Below are positions 46,509 through 54,735 of a DNA stretch of 64,000 nt, in pieces; the first letter of the stretch is position 1; each line of letters begins with the position of its first letter. The stretch is taken from the IMG/VR virus record IMGVR_UViG_3300029258_005088. One strand, given 5' to 3'. The DNA is from a virus. The notes beneath the pieces were generated by a model. That model did no database searches. It saw only the letters and a program-made list of their open reading frames with translations, and was not told the DNA's origin. A program made the position numbers and the translations under genes.

Positions 46509-47459
46509 CTACCTGCCTCCGTATCCGCCGTAATTGTCGAAGCTTCTCAAGGAAGTCCTTCCGAAGGCATTGGACACGTTGATCGAGCGCTTCTTCTGAC
46601 GAACCCATTCCCTGTAGGATTCCAGATATCTGACGGATGCCTTGGAATAGAATGCGGCCTGATCCTTGTCGTCGATGTTCAGGCCGGCCGCGGAATACCG
46701 TAGGCGGTTCCTCTCGGTATGTGTAGCGGCCATGGACAGGAGTTCTCCCACCACGCCGTCGAACCAGTTGTATACGAACGGAAAGTTGCTCGTCGTCATA
46801 ACCGTACTCAACGGAGGCAGGGCTTCGTTCCAATAGTCGATCGGACGGCGAAGTGCCCAGGCTATCTCGGTATCGGTGAACTCCACTCGGTCGAGAAGGA
46901 AGTTGTCTTCCTTGCACTTGTCCCGTATGCCTAGACGCACCTCGGCGATCGTCAGAGTATGATACCTGCGATCGGTGTGCCAGAGATCTTCCTGGATCTC
47001 GACATAGCACCGGAGCTTGGCGATTATGGTGCAGGCATCGGTAGAAAGTGAATACGCGTATTCACTTTCTTCTCCGGACGAGGATTCGTCCTCGGCGGCG
47101 GATTCGTCGGAACTCTCCTCGGAGCTTTCCTCGGAGCTTTCCTCTTCGGGTAGGTCCTCTATGATGAACTCTCCGACGAACAAGCCCGGCTCTCGACTGT
47201 CGTTCTCGTCGAGGAGAACCTTCACGATGCCTTGCTGTGCATCGAGGATCTCCGCTACCTTGGCTATTTTGACGAGCTGAGCGTCGACGCCTTCCTTGGC
47301 TATGAGGCAGACGCGCCTGTCCGTCAGGTCGTAGTGCTGCCCGTGATCGTCTCGTAGCTGCACCTCCTGAGCGCTGCATGCGTTCTGGGCATACTTCAGA
47401 GTCGGCCACTCGTTCGGGCACGTCTCCCTGTCTTCTACGCAAATATCTGGAAAGGGCAT
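46509..47459 (-). CDS. Head-tail adaptor (neck) protein with a BppU-like N-domain and SSEE linker
   Basis: N-part QLRD..G..YDLT......AK...G.VKV.L...D...PG.F.GEF; C-part LTIAEVRL.IRD.....NFLLD..EF.D.EI. Confidence 0.65.
   Translation of the reverse strand: MPFPDICVEDRETCPNEWPTLKYAQNACSAQEVQLRDDHGQHYDLTDRRVCLIAKEGVDAQLVKIAKVAEILDAQQGIVKVLLDENDSREPGLFVGEFIIEDLPEEESSEESSEESSDESAAEDESSSGEESEYAYSLSTDACTIIAKLRCYVEIQEDLWHTDRRYHTLTIAEVRLGIRDKCKEDNFLLDRVEFTDTEIAWALRRPIDYWNEALPPLSTVMTTSNFPFVYNWFDGVVGELLSMAATHTERNRLRYSAAGLNIDDKDQAAFYSKASVRYLESYREWVRQKKRSINVSNAFGRTSLRSFDNYGGYGGR
47043..47070. repeat. Perfect 28-bp palindrome AGAAAGTGAATACGCGTATTCACTTTCT
   Basis: All 14 base pairs checked by hand; 47049-47068 is identical to 11587-11606. 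Confidence 0.95.
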
Positions 47460-47460
47460 A

Positions 47461-48243
47461 TCATGCCTCCGTTTTCTGTAGGGATTTCTCCTGGATCATG
47501 TCTACGAGGGCCTTTGTCTCCGGGCGTTGTTCGAGCCTATCCCTCACGGATTCCCAGCGATCGCCGAGCTCCGTCTTGAGAACTTCCACGGACAACACGA
47601 TCTCTTCCAGAGCGACGTTGTTCATCTCGAGATCGCCCTTGGTCTGCAGGTGTCTACGTTCCATCCTCGTGTGCTTGTACAAGGAATATCCGGCGAACAC
47701 TATAATGGCCGCTCCACCGCATATACATACCGTGATGAACTGCTCGACGTACCACGCACCGAACATCCCTATGCATAGGATGACGCCCCCATATATCAGG
47801 AACTCGTCCCAGATCGAGGGTATGGCCGGGAACTTGAACTTGAGAGCGAACAACAGCAGCCCTATGAACATGCCCGCTCCTCCCACCAGGATCATTATCC
47901 GAAAGGCGTTGAACAGGTTGTTGAGTACCTTCTGCCTCCTCTGGTCCGCTGCTTCGTACTGCTCGAGATTGACTGTCTTGACCTTGACCTCCTTGTACGT
48001 CTCCCCTTCCCTGTCGTACAACACACGGGATACGACGAAGGCCGGTTCCACTCTGTCCTCGATGGGAACGGCGACTACAACCGGTTTGTACTGCGCGGTC
48101 TTCGTTATGCAGAGCGTGTACCAGTCTCTGCTGTAGGTCTGTTCGTAGTAGGTCTCCGAGGTGTAGTCGTTCTTCTTCCCACGCTTGCAGCCAACCATGC
48201 AGAGACAGATCAGCGAAATCGAAATCAACGTATATGGGCGCAT
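47461..48243 (-). CDS. Predicted lipoprotein with three C-terminal TM helices and a coiled coil; candidate lysis protein (spanin/holin-like)
   Basis: Start corrected to MRPYTLISISLICLCMVG-C (lipobox-like); SD AAGGGG; hydrophobic segments IMILVGGAGMFIGLLLFAL, FLIYGGVILCIGMFGAWY and FITVCICGGAAIIVFAGYSLY. Confidence 0.65.
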   Translation of the reverse strand: MRPYTLISISLICLCMVGCKRGKKNDYTSETYYEQTYSRDWYTLCITKTAQYKPVVVAVPIEDRVEPAFVVSRVLYDREGETYKEVKVKTVNLEQYEAADQRRQKVLNNLFNAFRIMILVGGAGMFIGLLLFALKFKFPAIPSIWDEFLIYGGVILCIGMFGAWYVEQFITVCICGGAAIIVFAGYSLYKHTRMERRHLQTKGDLEMNNVALEEIVLSVEVLKTELGDRWESVRDRLEQRPETKALVDMIQEKSLQKTEA

Positions 48244-48244
48244 A

Positions 48245-48625
48245 CTAATTCCCCTTGTTCTCGAACGGCTTCCGACCAAACCACCGTACCATGTGATATC
48301 TCCTGAGGCCGGATATCAGGGCTGCGTATCTAAGAGGGCGCCACCAGGCAACCGCCTTCTTTATTGCCATGTTCTGGTCCCGTAGCATGGCCTTGTCCGC
48401 GAACTTCCTGTCTTTCTCGGTGGTTCCGTATTCATACCTCATGTCATGGGCGTAATAGCACAGATTGCAGTCTATGCCCCAGATATCTCTGGGTATGAAC
48501 CGAGCTATCCAGTGCCCCTTCGGGCCGCAGTAATCTATCTCAGGATCGTACTTCTCCCAGTTGTCGGGGACCTCTTCGTAGGGCCATATGTAAGAATCTT
48601 TCATACTTAAATCTACCCTTGTCAC
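48245..48625 (-). CDS. Phospholipase A2-like (HD-dyad) protein
   Basis: YCGPKG loop, C..AHDMRY and DR..AD motifs. Start may be ATG 48604. Confidence 0.7.
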   Translation of the reverse strand: MTRVDLSMKDSYIWPYEEVPDNWEKYDPEIDYCGPKGHWIARFIPRDIWGIDCNLCYYAHDMRYEYGTTEKDRKFADKAMLRDQNMAIKKAVAWWRPLRYAALISGLRRYHMVRWFGRKPFENKGN

Positions 48626-48638
48626 GGGGTTATTTCAA

Positions 48639-49250
48639 TTACTCGGAAGAAGGGACGACCCGATCGTCCACGATGGCGTCGATCTGCTCCTTCGTCGTGC
48701 AGCCGTTTACCTGTGCTTTTAGAGCTCGTCCTTCCTCCAGCATCACGGCCACCTGGCCGAAGCCTTTGTAATACATGTCCAGAAGGTGGGGACCGTCCTG
48801 TATGTAATAGGCTTCGTTGTGGACCGTCATTATCTTCATCGGAAAATCTATGGGGACACCGAACAGCTGACTATCCACCAGGTTGTTTCTTCTTGCATGC
48901 CAGGAGGATTGATCGTTGACGTCTAGATTGAATCTGTAATAAGGGCCTGGATCCGGCGGGACCGGATATAAGACACCTGCCGCTATGATGGCCCGCGTCT
49001 TCATGTCTATTTCGTAATTCTTCTCGTCCTTCAGTTTACGCAGGTCCCATATCGTTTCGTACGCAGATCCGTTCCATCTGTTCCACATAAGCGAATCACT
49101 GGCCCTGCACTGGATATTGTCCGGTGCGTCGTCCCTGCGAGTATCCACGGGAAGTCCGTACTCGTCGACGATATATTGAACGGTGAACTCCTGACTGCTG
49201 GCGGACCAGACATCACCGGTCGCCGATTCTATGTATGCGTATCTGCTCAT
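48639..49250 (-). CDS. DUF4376-like fibre assembly chaperone (203 aa)
   Basis: Start corrected to MSRYAY (TGATG); LKDEK..EID..T..II..G..Y ... F..D..DQ..W ... C-terminal CTTKEQIDAIVD. Confidence 0.65.
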   Translation of the reverse strand: MSRYAYIESATGDVWSASSQEFTVQYIVDEYGLPVDTRRDDAPDNIQCRASDSLMWNRWNGSAYETIWDLRKLKDEKNYEIDMKTRAIIAAGVLYPVPPDPGPYYRFNLDVNDQSSWHARRNNLVDSQLFGVPIDFPMKIMTVHNEAYYIQDGPHLLDMYYKGFGQVAVMLEEGRALKAQVNGCTTKEQIDAIVDDRVVPSSE

Positions 49251-51424
49251 CAATTCCTCCAGAAGGTGCCGGCAAGGGACCATCCTACGATATAAACGTC
49301 GTTGTTATAGGTATCGTCGGCATTTCCGGACGTAGCGTCCCTGATAATGGACCATATGAAAGAATCTCCTGGAATGACGTTCGGAAGGTCGAATTCGTGA
49401 GAAGACTCGTATACCTTGTCCGACGTGCCTGCCACCGACACTATGTCGCTCTTAGGTCCGAGCTCTGTAACGGATCCGTTGAGTATGGTTTCCGCGCTTA
49501 CCTCCGCCATGTACATCTCTATCTCTACGTCTCCCGATGCCGTTGAGATGGGTGCGAACAATAACTGGAACGTTATTGGAAGCGCCGTGTTAAGTCCTTC
49601 CGGTATCCTGAACGTGCCTCCGCTACCGTCCTTTCTTGGATAGTCTCGCGCATTGTTCCTGACATCAAGATGGGTGTTGGTGTTCGCATTCACAGAGTAG
49701 TCTTTTGAAAGGAAACCCGTAATGTCCTCCAGGTTGGACAACGGAATACTGCGAACGGGCTGAGCATCTCCGTGATACTCGATATACCCTTTGCGCTCTA
49801 TCACGCAGGTATCGTCGAAATGCTCTATACGGCCTACGACAGGAGACGTCGTTATGGCTGCCGTTATCCTGTATCGTGCCCAGTACGCATTCTGTCCGTT
49901 CAAGGTTTTCTTAGCCCATCCGGGAGTGTCTCCGAAGTATATGTTCTGATCTCCCGTAAGGGTCAAAGCCTGTTGTCCGTACTGTAGCTTGCCTTGAGTC
50001 GTCATGATATTGAACGCAGACCAGGCAGAGCCATCCCAGTACTCTGATATGACGCCTCCCGTACCTGGGTTTAGAATGGTCGTGACTTCCTGCAGCAACA
50101 AGGAGGTAAATATATGGTCCGTCACTCCTGTGTACACGCAGTTTCCCGCTCCCGTTCCTGCAAACAGAGTTATGCTGGTATCCGGATCGTTGTTGTCGGA
50201 AGTCAGGTCGTTCCAAGTACCGGCCTCGCCGTTTGTGTTCGTGAAAACGAACTGCTCGTATACGGATGAATGCCCGGATCCGACCGACACCCTCGACCCT
50301 ATATAATGGCTTCCGAACGACGTATCTCCTATGAATCTATGGCCTTCTTCCCCCTTCTCGAAAGCGACTATCCCTATGAAAAACCCCGTGGCTCCTCCTA
50401 GTTCTATCTTCTCGAAATTGGCGGATCCTTTGTAGTAACCGGTGACTCCTGAATCCAGTACGGATATATCGTTCGTACAGCTCCTGATACCACAGGCGTT
50501 GCCCTGGAAGCTGGTCGTGGATCCATCTATCTGAAGGGCTAGTGTATTGGCGGTTCCGCTGTACGCCGAGGCAATACACAGGTCACAGCTCTCGATGTCC
50601 AAGCCGGTAGTACAGTAGGCCACGGGAACGGACGACAGCGTTATGTTACCGCCACCTACTACGTGTATTCCTCTGGTTATCGTACTTACGGGAGTTCCGC
50701 TGATGGTAACTGCCTGCAAGGTGGCGTCGACCCCGGTATCCATCTTTATTCCGGTGGACATCGTCGTTCCCGGCGAACGGCTTATGATGACGTCCTGAAG
50801 AATGATGTTCGAACTGGATCCTGCAAGGTGAAGGCCGGTCTCGCAGTCGGCGACTATGCATGACCGTATCAAGGACTGGAAGCCCGAGGACTTTATGCCT
50901 ATTCCTCCGGAACCCGAGCACCCCCTTACCTGGAACCCGTACAACTCTGAATAGGATCCGCACGTCACCAGAGTGTCCGTCGAAGTATTCGGATTTACCT
51001 GTACGGACCCCAGACCTCCCACGGCTACGAGATTGCAGAAATCAGGGACTGTGAATGCGTCCTCGTCGTAAGTGCCTGGATACACGAGTACGGTGGCGGG
51101 GTTAGTGGAGGAAGGTGCGGGACTTAGAGCGGCTGCCTGAGCGCAACCGGTCTTTATGCTGGTAGTGTCTCCTCCGGATACCGCAACTATTATACACCGT
51201 CCCGGAGAGAAGCCTCCTGACCCGGAGGCTATCTTCGTCCAGTCCGTAGTAGTCGCCCCGGTCTTCTTCCACTGATCACCGTTGGATTGGAATACGTAGG
51301 ATCCTACCGGGGCGTCGAAGCCCGTCGAAGAGGGATCATAGGTAGTAGCCCATAGACCTAGGAGATTATCACCCAGGGCTATTCCAAAGCGATACGAACT
51401 TGCCTGGTCTATGGGAGACGCCAT
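49250..51424 (-). CDS. Fibre/spike protein with a right-handed beta-helix (pectin-lyase-like) domain
   Basis: G.D.TSIK.G..QA...V.VYPGTYDE; repeated C.TG[IL].[LIV] rungs; N-terminal DP...G..APVGSY....G..W.K module. Confidence 0.7.
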   Translation of the reverse strand: MASPIDQASSYRFGIALGDNLLGLWATTYDPSSTGFDAPVGSYVFQSNGDQWKKTGATTTDWTKIASGSGGFSPGRCIIVAVSGGDTTSIKTGCAQAAALSPAPSSTNPATVLVYPGTYDEDAFTVPDFCNLVAVGGLGSVQVNPNTSTDTLVTCGSYSELYGFQVRGCSGSGGIGIKSSGFQSLIRSCIVADCETGLHLAGSSSNIILQDVIISRSPGTTMSTGIKMDTGVDATLQAVTISGTPVSTITRGIHVVGGGNITLSSVPVAYCTTGLDIESCDLCIASAYSGTANTLALQIDGSTTSFQGNACGIRSCTNDISVLDSGVTGYYKGSANFEKIELGGATGFFIGIVAFEKGEEGHRFIGDTSFGSHYIGSRVSVGSGHSSVYEQFVFTNTNGEAGTWNDLTSDNNDPDTSITLFAGTGAGNCVYTGVTDHIFTSLLLQEVTTILNPGTGGVISEYWDGSAWSAFNIMTTQGKLQYGQQALTLTGDQNIYFGDTPGWAKKTLNGQNAYWARYRITAAITTSPVVGRIEHFDDTCVIERKGYIEYHGDAQPVRSIPLSNLEDITGFLSKDYSVNANTNTHLDVRNNARDYPRKDGSGGTFRIPEGLNTALPITFQLLFAPISTASGDVEIEMYMAEVSAETILNGSVTELGPKSDIVSVAGTSDKVYESSHEFDLPNVIPGDSFIWSIIRDATSGNADDTYNNDVYIVGWSLAGTFWRN

Positions 51425-51433
51425 CGTTTACCT

Positions 51434-52945
51434 CTATAGGGCGATCCAGCGTACCGATTTGACGTCAGCGCCACCTGCAGTATCGGAGTTCACCAGTAGA
51501 CGCATGTTTCCTGCGTTGATGTCGACGCTGATGTCGAGATCCAGAGGAGGGGTCGATCTCAGGAACGGCGACTCGTCGACGTCTATGACGGCCGTGCCGT
51601 CATGCATTGCCCGCACGGTAGCGGAGTAACGCTGGGTACTGTCCGTGACCCCTTCTCCGTAGACTACCCAGTGGACGACGTCTGCCTGTGTCAGCGGAAC
51701 GCTATCAAGGACTACGTCCGTCGCACCGACTCCGGTATCCGTCTTCTTGACGCCGCCTATCTCCACCGCAGTCTCCAGATCCTGTAGAGCCTGCTTGATC
51801 GTGCGGTTGTCCTGAATGATCTCACCGGTGAACGTACCGAGATCCTGAGCACCGAGGGACACTCCCGTGAGGGTGACCAGGTCGAGTACGTCTTTGTGGA
51901 GCTTGGAGATGGCTGTTTCGACGGTGTCCGAAGCAGCTGGATAAGCCGCCGCAACCGCCGCGGCATAGCCGCTGCTGAGATTGATGCCGGTGGCCAGCTG
52001 CCAGTCGACGTCGGCGATCTTGATCAGATCGGTACCGTCGTACCAGACGATGGCGGAGTTTTCCCCACCGCTGGGATCAGGTAGGTAGTACGTGGTGATG
52101 AAGGTATCGCCAGTGGCCAGAGGATCTACACCGGCCTGGCGTACCTTGAGCGTTCCGCCATCGTCGTAGACCTCGAAGATCTTGTCCGCACCGCTGGTGT
52201 TCTTGGACAGGAGATAGTCCCCATCCGAGAAGGCACCGATAGGGAGCTTGCCGTCGTCGTCATCCGAGAACGGAAGCAGCGTGGTCAGAGCCGTTCCGTC
52301 CGCCGCCGCGTTCAAGTCGGTATCCTCGGTAGTACCGATCGTCAGCGGGCGCCAGTTCTGGGACATCGCGATGGCATCGGCATTTGTCTTGACCTGCGCA
52401 TCGAGGGCGGAGAGATTGGCGTAAATCGAATTGGCCAGAGCGATGTAGTTCGTCGAAGTCATCTCCGAATCCGCTCCTATGGCGTCGTCGATTGCCGCCA
52501 GCATCGTCATAATGCTGTCCGTGGCCGGCGTGAGCTGGCCCTTCGTACGGGTTTCCGCCGTGAACGTGGCTCCGAGCTTCTGATCGATCTTGCCGATAGC
52601 GAGCTCGAGGTTGTCGTTATTCCCGATCCAGTTGACGGTGCCGCCTGTGGCGGCGTTGTAGTCCGGGGTCTCCGGCCCTGCTCCGCTCTTTCCTATGAAG
52701 GCTCTTATATAGCCTTCCTCGAGAGCGCTGCCACCTCCCGTGGAGAAATCCGTCCATGCCGTGGCCCCGTTAGTATTGATGTACAACGCGCCATTGGTCG
52801 TATCCGATACCAAGGAACCCCTGGCGGCCGTGACAACTCCGTTGGGATTCCCGTCATACAGGAAAATGTCGATTGTCGTGTCGGTTCCGTTCTTGTCCCA
52901 GATTTGGAACCCTTTCACTACTCTTGTCAGATCAGCTACGGCCAT
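51434..52945 (-). CDS. Head/neck fibre-like structural protein
   Basis: N-terminal GNPNG...A.RGSL..DT.NG.LY; short coiled-coil repeats (L..AI.K[IL]D); beta-rich C-domain. Confidence 0.65.
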   Translation of the reverse strand: MAVADLTRVVKGFQIWDKNGTDTTIDIFLYDGNPNGVVTAARGSLVSDTTNGALYINTNGATAWTDFSTGGGSALEEGYIRAFIGKSGAGPETPDYNAATGGTVNWIGNNDNLELAIGKIDQKLGATFTAETRTKGQLTPATDSIMTMLAAIDDAIGADSEMTSTNYIALANSIYANLSALDAQVKTNADAIAMSQNWRPLTIGTTEDTDLNAAADGTALTTLLPFSDDDDGKLPIGAFSDGDYLLSKNTSGADKIFEVYDDGGTLKVRQAGVDPLATGDTFITTYYLPDPSGGENSAIVWYDGTDLIKIADVDWQLATGINLSSGYAAAVAAAYPAASDTVETAISKLHKDVLDLVTLTGVSLGAQDLGTFTGEIIQDNRTIKQALQDLETAVEIGGVKKTDTGVGATDVVLDSVPLTQADVVHWVVYGEGVTDSTQRYSATVRAMHDGTAVIDVDESPFLRSTPPLDLDISVDINAGNMRLLVNSDTAGGADVKSVRWIAL

Positions 52946-52955
52946 GTCAAACCTC

Positions 52956-53516
52956 CTACAAGTCTATGGCTTTACCTATTACAGTTACCGGAAACGGCTG
53001 GTTATTCGTGAACTGGAGAAGTAGGTCCGTACCTACTATGCTCGTGTCCGACGATACACGCATTCTGTCACCGACCTCCGCTGGCACACAGTGAGTGAAC
53101 GAGCCGGGCGAGCCCGATGTGTGCGTAGCCTGTATTTGCATGACCATTGCGTTATCTGTTAGGGCCTCGGATACGTGAAACATATACCAGGCTCCCAGTT
53201 TTGTTAAATCCAAAATGTCGACTATCTCGGTGTCACCGGAGGCGATGACCACCGGACCCACTATCCGTAGGCCCGGTGACGTACCGCCTGCTTCTATAAG
53301 ATACCAATCGGTACCGTTCCATACAACAAAATCTCCGGCATAGAGCGTACGGCCAGTGACAGGGTCAGTGACCGTTGCCTGAATGGCATAAAACCAGCCG
53401 TTCTGGGCCTCGCCGGGAGCGGGGAAGTCTCCGGGTGTGGAGACATCCCCCTTGTTGATCATGACGTTGAAAAGACCCAGGAGAGCTTCAGATAACTGAG
53501 GTCCTCCATGAGGCAT
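52956..53516 (-). CDS. Small structural protein; C-domain resembles that of 51434-52945
   Basis: 186 aa; GDF.VWNGTDW motif. Confidence 0.65.
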   Translation of the reverse strand: MPHGGPQLSEALLGLFNVMINKGDVSTPGDFPAPGEAQNGWFYAIQATVTDPVTGRTLYAGDFVVWNGTDWYLIEAGGTSPGLRIVGPVVIASGDTEIVDILDLTKLGAWYMFHVSEALTDNAMVMQIQATHTSGSPGSFTHCVPAEVGDRMRVSSDTSIVGTDLLLQFTNNQPFPVTVIGKAIDL

Positions 53517-53519
53517 ATG

Positions 53520-53834
53520 TCATCGTCCTTCGTGCCAGTACGGTGTATTGTAAGTGGCTTCTTCGGTAACGGCCCTGATGTTACCCCAGTACATGTTCTC
53601 GTACTCGATCTCATGCCAGCCGCCCGGATAGACGACGATTCCCGTTCCAAGTACCGCCGGCTCCGTTGGATGGAGTCTGAGGAACAGGGGATCCGTGGCA
53701 TCCTGGGGCCACATGATGATCAAGTACCTACGGTTCTTGTACTCGGGAACCAGTATGATGGACCCATCAGTGGTGACCACCTGGCCCGGCGCATTCGTCG
53801 GACCTCCGTTATGTAATGAGGGATGAATAGGCAT
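53520..53834 (-). CDS. Small beta-rich virion protein (104 aa)
   Basis: Tiles between neighbours; N..RRYLII...G..V.PGG motif. Confidence 0.65.
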   Translation of the reverse strand: MPIHPSLHNGGPTNAPGQVVTTDGSIILVPEYKNRRYLIIMWPQDATDPLFLRLHPTEPAVLGTGIVVYPGGWHEIEYENMYWGNIRAVTEEATYNTPYWHEGR

Positions 53835-53852
53835 GGGCCTTACTCCTCGGGG

Positions 53853-54632
53853 TTACTTCTTTGCGGTTTTCCTCGGAGCCTTCCGTGAAGTGGTCTTCCG
53901 CTTGGCCGGAGCCTTCTTCGGAGCCTCTTCCTTCTTCTCCTCGGGCGGTTCGTCTGCAGAGGGGTCTGCCGGTGCTTCGGGCTCTGCCGGATCGGTTCCG
54001 TTCTCGTTGGCAGGAGCTTCGTCGGAAGCCTCGGGCTCTGCCGGTGCTTCGGGCTCTGCCGCGGCTTTCTGGGCCGCTTCGTCTTCGGCTTTCTTTCCTT
54101 CGCCCAGATCAGTCCCCTCCGGGAAGATCTCCAGGGTCTTCGGCTCTCCGTTCTCGTCGGTGGCTCCGGCCTTTTCCATGGCCTCGGCATCCGCCAAGGT
54201 CTCTTCATGTCCGGGAAGGGTCTTCATCGCGGGCTTGCTGCCTTCGATGGTTCCCTGCTGCCAACGCTCGTCCGGCTTTCCTGCAGCCCCTTCGACTGGC
54301 TTCTGATCGGTCAACTCGACCTTACCCTCGTCCATTCCCTCGGGAACGGGAGCGGGAGCGGGCTGGGTCTTTACGGGCTCCGAGGACTTCTCTGCCTTGG
54401 TCGGCTTTCTGCATGGTATGTTGGTTACCAGCTCGAGTTCGACCCTGTCGTTGAGGAAGTCGTACTCGCAACTGGATACGAAACGACGGTTCTGAACGGC
54501 GGTCGGGTACGCACCTTCCACGATGACTTCTTCGTCAGCCTGCAGGTACTGGCCTCTCGGCGCGATCCAGCGGAACAACATTCCTTGACCGCTGGTGTTC
54601 TTGATACGGGTTTTGAGCATTACTTGTTCCAT
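53853..54632 (-). CDS. Hypothetical protein with a long acidic Pro/Ala/Glu tail and basic C-terminus (259 aa)
   Basis: Start moved to MEQVML (SD AAGGAG, downstream of the terminator). Confidence 0.75.
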   Translation of the reverse strand: MEQVMLKTRIKNTSGQGMLFRWIAPRGQYLQADEEVIVEGAYPTAVQNRRFVSSCEYDFLNDRVELELVTNIPCRKPTKAEKSSEPVKTQPAPAPVPEGMDEGKVELTDQKPVEGAAGKPDERWQQGTIEGSKPAMKTLPGHEETLADAEAMEKAGATDENGEPKTLEIFPEGTDLGEGKKAEDEAAQKAAAEPEAPAEPEASDEAPANENGTDPAEPEAPADPSADEPPEEKKEEAPKKAPAKRKTTSRKAPRKTAKK

Positions 54633-54673
54633 GATGGACGGGCTCTCCTTGCTTCCAAGCTTTTGTTTCAATG

Positions 54674-54709
54674 AAAAAAGGGGACCGGGGCGGGTGCCCT
54701 GGCCCCCTT
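54674..54709 (-). terminator. Rho-independent terminator after the major capsid gene
   Basis: Minus strand AAGGGGGCCAGGGC-ACCC-GCCCCGGTCCCCTT followed by TTTT. Confidence 0.85.
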
Positions 54710-54735
54710 GTGTACAGGGTATGTGACCCTACTCC

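Noticed and set aside
47043-47070. Palindrome as a protelomerase (hairpin telomere) site, because its TACGCGTA centre recalls N15-type cores
   Set aside because: It lies inside an apparently essential neck gene, has a second partial copy, and no protelomerase is visible; kept only as a remote alternative.
14255-54671. ORF-track starts at 17056, 20660, 30445, 30693, 34255, 48279, 49283 and 54671
   Set aside because: Each extends into the upstream gene or the terminator. Downstream ATGs with stop/start overlap or an SD (16975, 20576, 30163, 30564, 34195, 48243, 49250, 54632) fit better.
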